NCBI GenBank assembly: GCA_018093385.1
Contig: GCA_018093385.1_4808.1
DNA: 64,000 nucleotides
From: a phage
Reading direction: 5' to 3' (one strand)
This document shows, piece after piece, positions 17,827 to 27,129 of this stretch. Every line of letters starts with the position of its first letter. Positions within the stretch are counted from its first letter, which is position 1. The position numbers and the translations under genes were made by a program. The notes beneath the pieces were generated by a model. It saw only the letters and a program-made list of their open reading frames with translations. It searched no databases and was not told the DNA's origin.

Positions 17827-18444
17827 ATGACTTTCCAAACTAGTGTAGGCCGTCAATATACAACTGGCTTTCCTGGCGACATCGTTCGCGACGGCCCACA
17901 GCGTGGGAAGCCAGGCCGAATCGTTAGCGCCAACGACGGTGCAAACGTAAACGCCATCAGCCGTGTGTTTGGTTTTAAAGCTGACGTATCATTAATGGGT
18001 ACTGGCCAAACCAAAACCTTGGGCGCGCAGGACTTTGAAGTTGAACTGGGCGGCACCAATTACTATGGCATCCTTGGCAACAGCAAGCGTTACGCTCTGT
18101 ATGGCAACTCTACTGGTCCTTTGGGCGCCAGCATGGTTCTGCCTCAATATAGCGAAGGCGAGTTCTACGATATGTGCACGGGCCTCGTAGTTGAAGTATT
18201 CAACCCAAGCACCAGTCCGCAGACGCTGAACTACGGCGACCTGCTCGCTTATGTACCTAAAGGCATTTCCAGCGGTAACAACCCGAACAACTTGCCTATC
18301 GGTGCAATTATCGCCTACACTGGCTCACTGCCAACTGGCATGGTTGCCATTCCAGGCGGTATCGTGATTGACCCGACTGCTATTGCCCTTTCCGGCCCAA
18401 GCGTCCAGTCTTCCACTTATACCATTGTACAATTGACTCGTTAA
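17827..18444 (+). CDS. Head structural protein (Gly-rich; decoration or capsid-associated)
   Basis: Internal ATG with AAGGGG SD. Confidence 0.45.
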   Translation: MTFQTSVGRQYTTGFPGDIVRDGPQRGKPGRIVSANDGANVNAISRVFGFKADVSLMGTGQTKTLGAQDFEVELGGTNYYGILGNSKRYALYGNSTGPLGASMVLPQYSEGEFYDMCTGLVVEVFNPSTSPQTLNYGDLLAYVPKGISSGNNPNNLPIGAIIAYTGSLPTGMVAIPGGIVIDPTAIALSGPSVQSSTYTIVQLTR

Positions 18445-18458
18445 TAGGCAGGTGAATA

Positions 18459-19598
18459 ATGACTCGCATTAGCCAAACACACTCTCGCCTCCCAGCGAGC
18501 AAGGTGCGCCCTTTTGATATGCAATCCGTCACTGACGCGGCTGTTTCCCAGCTTGCTCGTATCGGTATTGTGTTTGATTCCGCGATTGTGCGTGATCAAA
18601 TTGAGCACTTAAACCGTGCAGGCGCTTTTCGCGTAGGTGACGCCGCGTTTACTGCGCCGCAGACTACTCCGTCAATCCCGACCCCGTTGCAATTCCTGCA
18701 GCAATGGCTGCCTGGCTTCGTCAAAATCATGACCGCTGCTCGTAAAATCGACGAGCTGGTTGGTATTGATACCGTTGGTCAGTGGGAAGATGCGGAAATC
18801 GTTCAGGGTATCGTTGAACCAGCTGGCACCGCAGTTGAATATGGTGATTTCACCTCTATTCCTCTGGCAAGCTGGAACGTAAACTTTGAACGTCGTTCTA
18901 TCGTTCGTGGCGAAATGGGCATGGCAGTTGGTATGCTGGAAGAAGGCCGCGCGTCTGCTATGCGTCTGAACTCCGCAGAAACCAAGCGCCAGCAGGCTGC
19001 TGTATCTCTGGAAATCATGCGTAACGCAATCGGCTTCTATGGTTGGTACAACGGGAACAACCGCACATTCGGCTTCCTGAATGATCCAAACCTGCCAGCA
19101 GCGATGACTTCCCACACCACTTCCGGCTGGGCTACTGCGACTTTCCAACAGGTAACTGCAGACATCCGTTTGATGGTTCGTCAAATTCGTGTGAACTCTC
19201 AGGACCAGATTGATCCAGAGAAAGTTGACATGACTCTGGCGCTGCCGACTAACTCTATCGATTGGCTGTCCAACACCACTGACTTCGGTATTTCTGTACG
19301 TGACTGGATCACCCAGACTTATCCGAAGATGAAGATCAAATCTGCACCGGAACTCAACGGCGCACTTGGCAGTGACCCGACTTTCTTGAACGTGGCATAC
19401 CTGTACGCTGATCACATCGATTCCTCAATTGATGGTTCAAGCGATGATGGTTCCGTATTCAGTCAGCTGGTTCAAACCAAGTTCATGACTCTGGGCGTTG
19501 AAAAGCGTGCTAAGAGCTACGTTGAAGACTACGCAAACGCAACAGCAGGCGTTCTGCTCAAGCGTCCGTTCGCAGTCGTCCGTATGACTGGTATTTAA
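18459..19598 (+). CDS. Major capsid protein (putative)
   Basis: 379 aa, AGGTGA SD, follows scaffold, followed by hairpin. Confidence 0.6.
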   Translation: MTRISQTHSRLPASKVRPFDMQSVTDAAVSQLARIGIVFDSAIVRDQIEHLNRAGAFRVGDAAFTAPQTTPSIPTPLQFLQQWLPGFVKIMTAARKIDELVGIDTVGQWEDAEIVQGIVEPAGTAVEYGDFTSIPLASWNVNFERRSIVRGEMGMAVGMLEEGRASAMRLNSAETKRQQAAVSLEIMRNAIGFYGWYNGNNRTFGFLNDPNLPAAMTSHTTSGWATATFQQVTADIRLMVRQIRVNSQDQIDPEKVDMTLALPTNSIDWLSNTTDFGISVRDWITQTYPKMKIKSAPELNGALGSDPTFLNVAYLYADHIDSSIDGSSDDGSVFSQLVQTKFMTLGVEKRAKSYVEDYANATAGVLLKRPFAVVRMTGI

Positions 19599-19623
19599 TT
19601 GCTGTGATTACACAGTAAAACAC

Positions 19624-19653
19624 ATGGGGCGTGGTCGAAAGGCTTCGCCCCAT
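19624..19653 (+). terminator. Terminator-like hairpin after capsid gene (ATGGGGCG-loop-CGCCCCAT), no clear T-run
   Basis: 8-bp GC-rich stem. Confidence 0.4.
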
Positions 19654-19713
19654 ATCAATAGACCTCAAGGGCTGTAGGGGCTTATCTGAGGCTTATATAA
19701 ATAGGACTACAAA

Positions 19714-20178
19714 ATGTCAAAATACATCGTTTCAACTATGTCTATGTCAGTTAACTACACTTTCTATACGGAAGTGAAAGAAAACCCGAATGCAAAAGCT
19801 GGTTCAGGCGCTCTTCCAAATATTCGCAAACAGATTCTAATCAAAGGCGGCGCTGGTCTTACTTCAGCAACTTCCGGCTTTGGTGAAATGGCAAAAGGCG
19901 CTGACGGTGCACCTTTGTGGACTCCTGAAGGAATCGTCACCGTTGTAAGCGATGCAGATTTTGAGCATCTGAAAGATCATCACGTGTTTAAGCAGCATCT
20001 TGAAAAAGGTTTGGTGAAAGTCGTAAATCACGACATTGTTGGCAATCACAAAGCCGTCGCCAAAGAAGTTCGCAGCATGTCAGACGACCCGTTTGCGCCT
20101 ATGACGCGCGAAACTGCTGACAAGCGCATCAAGGTAAAATTGAGCGGCGACCAAGAAGATGATTTATTCCGCGTTTAA
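19714..20178 (+). CDS. Hypothetical head/neck structural protein
   Basis: 154 aa in structural block. Confidence 0.45.
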   Translation: MSKYIVSTMSMSVNYTFYTEVKENPNAKAGSGALPNIRKQILIKGGAGLTSATSGFGEMAKGADGAPLWTPEGIVTVVSDADFEHLKDHHVFKQHLEKGLVKVVNHDIVGNHKAVAKEVRSMSDDPFAPMTRETADKRIKVKLSGDQEDDLFRV

Positions 20179-20183
20179 ATAAG

Positions 20184-20648
20184 GTGAATGCCATGTCATT
20201 AGATTACGAAAAGTTCAGAATTAAATTTCCACAGTTTGCTGATCAGGTTAAATTCCCTGACACAACACTTCAAGTATTCTATGACATGGCATGTGAATTT
20301 ATTGAATCACAAGACAGTCCTTGTCGTGTTTTAAATGGCAGTAAATTGGAGCTGGCATTGGAATATATGACGGCTCATCTTTTATGCATAGCCGCAGACC
20401 AACAAGTGTCTGTGTCTTCTGGTGACGGAGTTGAACAAGGCGGCTTCGTGACTGGCGCAACAATTGGTGACATCACAGTGAACAAAGTCGCGCCGCCTGC
20501 GAGTGATGGCTGGGAATACTGGTTATCAAGCACTCCATATGGCATGGCGCTGTGGGCGCTTCTTCAAGCACTGGCCGTTGGCGGCTTGTCATTCGGCGGT
20601 CTTCCAGAGCGTGAAGGATTCCGTAAAATTGGTGGGGTATTCTGGTGA
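20184..20648 (+). CDS. Head-tail connector/adaptor-like protein (putative)
   Basis: Position; AGGTG SD. Confidence 0.4.
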   Translation: MNAMSLDYEKFRIKFPQFADQVKFPDTTLQVFYDMACEFIESQDSPCRVLNGSKLELALEYMTAHLLCIAADQQVSVSSGDGVEQGGFVTGATIGDITVNKVAPPASDGWEYWLSSTPYGMALWALLQALAVGGLSFGGLPEREGFRKIGGVFW

Positions 20649-21031
20649 GGATTCCTGGCGTAAACTTATATCGAGTTGCGACAAAGGTTATCGGTCGCCA
20701 ACCGATTCAATATTACATGTACAAGGGGCGCACCCTTGATAAGATGCGCAACTATGTCACTACATATGAAGAACCAATCACCTTACTTGCTTCGGTGCAG
20801 GCTGTACTTCGAAACCAATACGTTGAGCTTGGTTTAGAGCTTCAAAAGAACTATGTCAAAATCTGGGTGGACAAAGACATTGTTGACCTTGACCGCGACG
20901 CTTCCGGCGACTATTTTGTGTTTGGTGGCAAAACGTACAAGATGGAAGATGAAACGACATGGTTTGACCAAGATGGTTGGACGTCTTGCCTTGCCGTGGA
21001 AGTAAAACAAAGCTTTCCAGTGTCTACTTGA
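20645..21031 (+). CDS. Hypothetical structural protein (GTG start)
   Basis: Overlaps previous stop. Confidence 0.4.
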   Translation: MRIPGVNLYRVATKVIGRQPIQYYMYKGRTLDKMRNYVTTYEEPITLLASVQAVLRNQYVELGLELQKNYVKIWVDKDIVDLDRDASGDYFVFGGKTYKMEDETTWFDQDGWTSCLAVEVKQSFPVST

Positions 21032-21038
21032 GGTGTAT

Positions 21039-21614
21039 ATGACAGATGTCGACCTGATTGACATGCTGGCAACGCGAATTGAAGAAGGTCTGTCGGCGTA
21101 TAGTCGTGCAGACCTTTCTGCTGTTCCGGTCCAGAAAAAATACCAACCGACTCAACAGGGAATTCCGACTGGTGATCAGATTTGGTTTAACCTTTTATTC
21201 TCAGTCCCATTCGGTTGGTCAATGAGAAAGAATGAATTTGTCAATGATGAATCTCAATTCGTTAATGGCAAATTTAAAGATATTGAAGATCAGATATACG
21301 CAACACGTTTTCAAATTAGCGGCTTATTCCCAGAAGTCCCTGGCAATCCAGAAAAGCCTACGGCTAATGACGTTTTGACTTATTTGGCAAGATTCATAAC
21401 CCACAAGGCTAATTTAAGGGATTGGTTTAAAAAGCATCAGGCTTCAGTATATAGAGTCGACATGAACAACAATGAAAAGTTCTATGACGACATGTCGCAG
21501 TTTGAATCATTCCCTTCTTTTGATTTGGTAATCCTTCACAGAAACGCAATTTCAATTGACACGCCTGCTGTTGCAAGAGCTGTTAATAACGATTTAGGCG
21601 ATATTCCGGTGTGA
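21039..21614 (+). CDS. Hypothetical neck/tail completion protein
   Basis: GAGGTG SD; alternative GTG start 21033. Confidence 0.45.
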   Translation: MTDVDLIDMLATRIEEGLSAYSRADLSAVPVQKKYQPTQQGIPTGDQIWFNLLFSVPFGWSMRKNEFVNDESQFVNGKFKDIEDQIYATRFQISGLFPEVPGNPEKPTANDVLTYLARFITHKANLRDWFKKHQASVYRVDMNNNEKFYDDMSQFESFPSFDLVILHRNAISIDTPAVARAVNNDLGDIPV

Positions 21615-21615
21615 T

Positions 21616-22101
21616 ATGACAAAATCAAAAATGATAGAAAAACAGATAAAGGCGCTTCAATCAATGAAGGGTCTTACTGTTGAGGCAGGATGGTTCGACT
21701 CTACCAGATACCCTTCAGAAACTGGTGGAGAAGGTATTCTGGTGTCAGAAGTTGCGCGGCTTAATGAGTTTGGTCACATAGCCGTTTTGAACTTTGGACA
21801 AGGACCAGTCAGGGTAGAAGTTCCACCCAGACCATTCATGAGATACGCCTATGAATTATTCGTTAGTGAGCGCAGTGAAATAGAGAATAAAATTGCTAAA
21901 AAGATTTTTTCCGGTAAAATAGACGCTAGACAGGCATTGGGTCAAATTGGGCTTGCGATGGAAGCAAAGATTGTCGAATCAATTAAAAACGGACCGTGGC
22001 AGCCAAACGCCAGATATACTGTACGTGTGAAGGGATTCGACAAACCTTTGATTCACACCAGCCTCATGTGGCAATCTGTCAGCAGCCAAGTCATTAAATA
22101 A
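21616..22101 (+). CDS. Hypothetical tail completion protein
   Basis: 161 aa, coupled start. Confidence 0.45.
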   Translation: MTKSKMIEKQIKALQSMKGLTVEAGWFDSTRYPSETGGEGILVSEVARLNEFGHIAVLNFGQGPVRVEVPPRPFMRYAYELFVSERSEIENKIAKKIFSGKIDARQALGQIGLAMEAKIVESIKNGPWQPNARYTVRVKGFDKPLIHTSLMWQSVSSQVIK

Positions 22102-22113
22102 GAGGACACCGAC

Positions 22114-23652
22114 GTGATCAGTCAATCTCGTTATATTAAAATTGTATCAGGGGTCGGAGCAGGCGCGGCTGTTGCAGTTCGCAAACTGTCGCTTCGCATC
22201 ATGACTTCCAATACAGTTCTGCCGCCAGGCATTGTAGCAGAATTTTCAACTGCTGATGCCGTTGGATCATATTTTGGTTTTTCTTCCGAAGAATACAAGC
22301 GCGCAGCACTGTATTTTGGATTCATCAGCAAGCAAATCAACTCGCCTGATTCAATCAGCTTTTCTCGCGTTGTATCCACGGCGATTCCTGCAATGGTTAT
22401 CGGCGACACTGAGCCTAAAACGCTTGCTACTTTCCAGGCATTCACTGGCGCTATCTTAAGCATCACTTATGACGGCACAGACTACCTGACTGACGCCATC
22501 AACCTTTCAGCGGCAACAAGTCTTGCCAACGTAGCGGAACTCTTGGAAACGGCAATCAACACCAAGTTTGCAGCAGAAGGTGGCACGTCGGTGCCTGCAC
22601 TTGCTGATGCGGAAGTGTATTGGAATGCCAACACCCAGCAGTTCACTTTGGAAGCCGCTCCGTCGACCGCTGGTGCTGGAAACCTTTCGATTAACGTCAC
22701 AGGTCAACCGACAGACCCATCTCAGGCGCTTGGTTGGACGACTACTGGCACCGTTACGGTTGCTGGACAGGGTGTAGCAAGTCCGGTAGAAGCCATCGCG
22801 GCATCTGTGGAGATTTCCAACAACTTTGGCTCATTCCTTTTCGCTGGAGCAGACCGAACGCTGGAAGAAATCACAGCCGTTGCAGCTTGGACTCACTCGC
22901 AGAACAACATGTACATGTATCTGTTCTCGACTGCATTCGCCAACATCGGCTCATACTATACCGCGTTGAAAGGTTACTCAGGCGTTGGTATGATGATCCG
23001 TGCAACTAACCTCGCGAATGATTACATCGACCAGGCACCTGCTGAAATTCTTGCGGCGACAAACTATAACACTGTAAATGCAACTCAAAACTATATGTAT
23101 TATCAGTTTGAAACGCGAAATGTAACCGTATCGACTGATTCACGCGCAGATACTGCTGATCAAAACCGTGCAAACTATATCGGTGCGACTCAGCAAGCTG
23201 GTCAAACTCTCGCGTTCTTCCAGCGTGGTGTTCTGATGGGCGGGTCTACCGCAGCAGTTGACATGAACACTTATGCCAACGAGATGTGGCTTAAATCTGC
23301 TATCACTTCTCAGCTGTTCAGCATGTTCTTGAATCTTGGTCGCGTGCCTGCAAACGAAGAAGGCAAAGCGACTGTCCAAGCCATGATTCAAGTTGCTGTT
23401 GACAATGCGAAGGTTAACGGCACCATCTCTGTCGGTAAGGCGCTGACGGAAATTCAGAAACAGTACATCACGCAAACCTCCGGTGACAACACTGCTTGGC
23501 GGCAGGTTGAGACTATCGGTTATTGGTTGACTGTCGATTTTGACACTGAAACCACTTCCGATAACCGCACCGAATACTATGCAACATACACGCTAATCTA
23601 CTCTAAAGATGATGCTGTGCGTCGCGTTGAAGGTCGTGACGTTCTTATTTAA
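22114..23652 (+). CDS. Tail sheath-like protein (putative; GTG start)
   Basis: 512 aa, AGAGGA SD, directly upstream of tube-like gene. Confidence 0.45.
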   Translation: MISQSRYIKIVSGVGAGAAVAVRKLSLRIMTSNTVLPPGIVAEFSTADAVGSYFGFSSEEYKRAALYFGFISKQINSPDSISFSRVVSTAIPAMVIGDTEPKTLATFQAFTGAILSITYDGTDYLTDAINLSAATSLANVAELLETAINTKFAAEGGTSVPALADAEVYWNANTQQFTLEAAPSTAGAGNLSINVTGQPTDPSQALGWTTTGTVTVAGQGVASPVEAIAASVEISNNFGSFLFAGADRTLEEITAVAAWTHSQNNMYMYLFSTAFANIGSYYTALKGYSGVGMMIRATNLANDYIDQAPAEILAATNYNTVNATQNYMYYQFETRNVTVSTDSRADTADQNRANYIGATQQAGQTLAFFQRGVLMGGSTAAVDMNTYANEMWLKSAITSQLFSMFLNLGRVPANEEGKATVQAMIQVAVDNAKVNGTISVGKALTEIQKQYITQTSGDNTAWRQVETIGYWLTVDFDTETTSDNRTEYYATYTLIYSKDDAVRRVEGRDVLI

Positions 23653-23699
23653 ATAATTGCCGCCGTAACTGGCGGCCATCTCTCTGAGAGGAATCTGTA

Positions 23700-24167
23700 A
23701 TGATTAACGTTTCCGGTTTTGGCGCTTCGATTCGTTTGGTAGCATCAAACACTTTTCCTAATGGTGTGACACTTTCTGATTTTGCAGATGATGCTGATCC
23801 GATTGACGCGCCGGACCTGCAAATCTCTGAGGCTGCAATGGGCCTTAACGGTGACTTAGTAGTGTGGAACCGTGCAAACCCGCTTGAAGTAGGTGTGAAC
23901 ATCATCCCTACTTCTGAAAGTGATGTCAACTTGGACGTTCTTGCAGCTGCAAACCGCGTAGGCAAGCGCAAGAACTCCGCAAAAGATGTGATCACACTTG
24001 TGCTGACTTATCCTTCTGGAATGGTTATCACGCTAAACAAAGGCACCTTGACAACTGGTTCCGTAATTCCTGGCATCCAGTCTCAAGGTCGTGTGAAAAC
24101 ACGTCAATATCGCTTCAAGTTTGAGAACGTAGTCAAAACTGGCGTGAGCAACCAAGAGATTTTATAA
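23700..24167 (+). CDS. Tail tube-like protein, paralog 1
   Basis: Homologous to 25118-25615 product (MINVSGFGASIRLVA vs MVNISGFGTSIRIVAL; shared LITYPxG). Confidence 0.5.
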   Translation: MINVSGFGASIRLVASNTFPNGVTLSDFADDADPIDAPDLQISEAAMGLNGDLVVWNRANPLEVGVNIIPTSESDVNLDVLAAANRVGKRKNSAKDVITLVLTYPSGMVITLNKGTLTTGSVIPGIQSQGRVKTRQYRFKFENVVKTGVSNQEIL

Positions 24168-24496
24168 TGTATCAAATACCACTTGACAGCGTACCTAACC
24201 AGAATATCAGCTTTAACGTTGACGGTGCATATTGGCAGTTGCACATTTTTGCCGCTATCGAGCACATGTGTGCCGACGTATATCGCAATGGTGAACTTTT
24301 GATTCAAGGGGTGCGCTGTTTTGGTGGTATCCCAATGGTGCCTTATAAGTATCTCATGATTGGGTACGGTAATTTCATTTTCGACAGCGTACCTGATTAT
24401 GAAAGTTTTAACTCTGGCGGCTGTAATCTATATTACATGTCAGAATCTGAGTTGGCTGAATTCCAGGCCACTGCTGAAGCGGAGTTTGCAATTTGA
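24167..24496 (+). CDS. Hypothetical tail protein
   Basis: 109 aa. Confidence 0.4.
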   Translation: MYQIPLDSVPNQNISFNVDGAYWQLHIFAAIEHMCADVYRNGELLIQGVRCFGGIPMVPYKYLMIGYGNFIFDSVPDYESFNSGGCNLYYMSESELAEFQATAEAEFAI

Positions 24497-24849
24497 CAAC
24501 TCTAACCATTGAAGTGAACGAAAATAATGACCTTTTTCTACCTGATGGAAGAAACTTAAATATTCTTTCAGGAGAAAAAGCGATGGTGCAAGTAATCAAG
24601 GCCGCGCATCAGATGCGACTTGGTGAAGACTTGTACGATATAGAAAACGGGGTCGATTATTTGGGGACCGTTTTCAAGTCGCCCGTTGACGAAGACGGTG
24701 CGCGAAAGTCGATTGCAGATGCTATTCTGAAGAAAGCAGACGTTGCCGGAATCGACTCATTGACTGTCACCATCCAAAACGGTATCCTTGGATTCACTGC
24801 AGAAGTGGTGACTATTTATGGCGAACGTATAAAGGTGAGTAATCAATAA
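24493..24849 (+). CDS. Hypothetical tail protein (TTG start)
   Basis: 118 aa. Confidence 0.35.
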   Translation: MTTLTIEVNENNDLFLPDGRNLNILSGEKAMVQVIKAAHQMRLGEDLYDIENGVDYLGTVFKSPVDEDGARKSIADAILKKADVAGIDSLTVTIQNGILGFTAEVVTIYGERIKVSNQ

Positions 24850-25115
24850 TGGCACAAGTAATTCATTTTGCAAATGGCGTCATGAAATTTGGCGAAAAAT
24901 TTGAAGACGCATCAGAGCTGTTTAATAAGAAGGTTGAGCCTGTTACAGAAATCAAAGAGCAGGTCGAAGAAAAGTCCGTTGAACAAAAACTCGATTTTGA
25001 TTCCATGAGCGTTTCAGAATTGAAGTCTTACGCCAAAGAAAATGGCATCGACATCAAGGGTCTTTCTTATAAGGATGAAATTCTTGCTGCAGTTAAATCT
25101 GCATCTGCGGAGTAA
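24849..25115 (+). CDS. Small protein with C-terminal HeH/Rho-N-like motif
   Basis: MSVSELKSYAKENGIDIKGLSYKDEILAAV. Confidence 0.45.
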   Translation: MAQVIHFANGVMKFGEKFEDASELFNKKVEPVTEIKEQVEEKSVEQKLDFDSMSVSELKSYAKENGIDIKGLSYKDEILAAVKSASAE

Positions 25116-25117
25116 AC

Positions 25118-25615
25118 ATGGTCAATATTAGTGGATTTGGCACAAGCATTAGAATTGTCGCTCTTCAATCTTTTCCTGTTGGGCTGAATATCAGTTCTTT
25201 GTCTGATGACCAGGATTCGCTAATTATTGAGGAAGTTGAATCAGTAGGTTATCAACTTACTTATGACGGCGGCATTTGCATATACGACAAAGCCGCCGTC
25301 GTTCGCGTATCCATTGCGGTCATTCCAAACACTGAAGATGACATAAATCTTAAGCTTTTATTATCTGCCCGTAAAGGTGGATTCAAGTGGTTGCCAATTC
25401 AGGATGTGACATCGATGCTCATTACATATCCTGACGGTGGAAGGGTGGCATTCTCTAACGGAACGATAATCAGCGGTCCGCTTGGTGACTCCATAGAGCA
25501 ATCAGGCCGTCGCAAGACAAACCGATACACATTTGTGTTTGCCAGCTACGGTGGCGCACAGAGCACGTCTCAAGTTGCCAAGGGCGTGGTGCAGAGCATA
25601 TTGGGGTCCATTTAA
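25118..25615 (+). CDS. Tail tube-like protein, paralog 2
   Basis: Homologous to 23700-24167 product. Confidence 0.5.
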   Translation: MVNISGFGTSIRIVALQSFPVGLNISSLSDDQDSLIIEEVESVGYQLTYDGGICIYDKAAVVRVSIAVIPNTEDDINLKLLLSARKGGFKWLPIQDVTSMLITYPDGGRVAFSNGTIISGPLGDSIEQSGRRKTNRYTFVFASYGGAQSTSQVAKGVVQSILGSI

Positions 25616-26148
25616 TGGCTATCGATTTACTGTCATATAGTCTATCAAACAGAAGCTTCACGATAAAGAGCTTCAACCTTGGAGAAGTATCCACGCTTGG
25701 ATGGGCCATAGTCAACGTCAAAATAAGACTCCAAGCGAAGATATTCAAAAACCAAAGGGAAGACGGCAGCTATATTGTCGATGGCAGAGTAAAGATGCCG
25801 CGAATACTCACTGTCACCGTGATAGCTCAGACGAAAAGCGCATCAGATGCAATAGCTAAGATGTTGCAAAACAGGTCGACTATATACACAATTAATTCCC
25901 GTGGTTTAATATTCGAACGTATGGTGCTGCAAAATAACAACTTCAGCCAGGACGCTGACAATATAACGTCTCAGCCCATACAATTGGTCTTCCATGAGAT
26001 ATTAACACAGCAGGATGTGTCTATTCAAACAGCGCAGGCAGGCGACTCAACAGTAATAGAGCGCGGCATTGCATACATAAAAGAAACTTCTGCCAGCGTC
26101 ACTGGCGTCGCTACAAAGGTGATGAATGGTATCAAGGGGATGTTCTGA
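25615..26148 (+). CDS. Hypothetical tail protein
   Basis: 177 aa. Confidence 0.4.
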   Translation: MAIDLLSYSLSNRSFTIKSFNLGEVSTLGWAIVNVKIRLQAKIFKNQREDGSYIVDGRVKMPRILTVTVIAQTKSASDAIAKMLQNRSTIYTINSRGLIFERMVLQNNNFSQDADNITSQPIQLVFHEILTQQDVSIQTAQAGDSTVIERGIAYIKETSASVTGVATKVMNGIKGMF

Positions 26149-26708
26149 TGGACTTCGTTTCGATTCTGCTTTCTGGTCAATCTTTGACCATAACGAATGA
26201 GTCAACAGGTCTTCCTGTCTGGACAAGGCTTTCACCTGTTTCTGCAGAAATAACATCCCCAGCAGAAACAACTCAATTCCCTCTTGCTGGTACAGCCATG
26301 CAGGTTGTCGAAGTATCAAGCACGTCATCAGTAAGCAATTTACAGGCTGCAAAGGTTGTAATGCCAGCCCATATGGCGTTAAACGTAATTTGCAATGACC
26401 AGTCTACAATTGAAAATATCATAAATTCATTTGATGATGACGAAGTCACATTTTCAATAACTTCACGAAGCATCATTGCCAGTAAAATGTCGATGTCCGA
26501 CGTTGAAATAACCCAGTCAGAAGAAAACTTGAATGGAGTCTCAATAGTAATAACCTTCGAGCAAACGTCATTTAGCATTCAAGGAAGCTTCGACCCTAAA
26601 CAATCTGCAGACGAATCATCAAATGGTGTTGCTATTAAAGAACCAGTCAGTTTGACTACAACTGTGAGTTCGTTATATAATAAAATAAAATCAACAGTAG
26701 GAATATAA
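26148..26708 (+). CDS. Hypothetical tail protein
   Basis: 186 aa. Confidence 0.4.
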   Translation: MDFVSILLSGQSLTITNESTGLPVWTRLSPVSAEITSPAETTQFPLAGTAMQVVEVSSTSSVSNLQAAKVVMPAHMALNVICNDQSTIENIINSFDDDEVTFSITSRSIIASKMSMSDVEITQSEENLNGVSIVITFEQTSFSIQGSFDPKQSADESSNGVAIKEPVSLTTTVSSLYNKIKSTVGI

Positions 26709-26709
26709 A

Positions 26710-27126
26710 ATGAAGATCACCAACAAACAAACTGGTCGTACAGTAGAAATTAAAATCAGCAAAATGACTGCGATGGAAGGATGGAATATTCAGCGTCGCT
26801 TTGTCGAATTTGCAATGTCGAAAGACCCTGCGTTCCGTTCAGAGTATACGATGGAAGTGTTGAGCTTCGCAAAAGTCGAGCTTGATGTGGGCCAAGAAAT
26901 CCCATTAAGCACTGGTGCACTAATTGACAACCATCTTGGTGACTGGGAAAACCTTAAAGAAGTCTTCGAAGCAGTCCTCATGGAGAACGGTATAAACCCA
27001 GATACTCACGCCGAGCGTGAAGGCTACTGGGAACAAGCTGGCGGCGAAATGGCTGCAGCATTCATCGGCGAATCGATGCGATTAATCGCGCCATTCCTCA
27101 GCGGCGAGACTCCAAACAAGGGGTAA
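26710..27126 (+). CDS. Tail assembly chaperone (putative, by position)
   Basis: 138 aa directly upstream of tape measure gene. Confidence 0.4.
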   Translation: MKITNKQTGRTVEIKISKMTAMEGWNIQRRFVEFAMSKDPAFRSEYTMEVLSFAKVELDVGQEIPLSTGALIDNHLGDWENLKEVFEAVLMENGINPDTHAEREGYWEQAGGEMAAAFIGESMRLIAPFLSGETPNKG

Positions 27127-27129
27127 ACT

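Noticed and set aside
18672-19415. 247-aa minus-strand ORF antisense to the major capsid gene
   Set aside because: Antisense to a strongly supported structural gene, no ribosome-binding site
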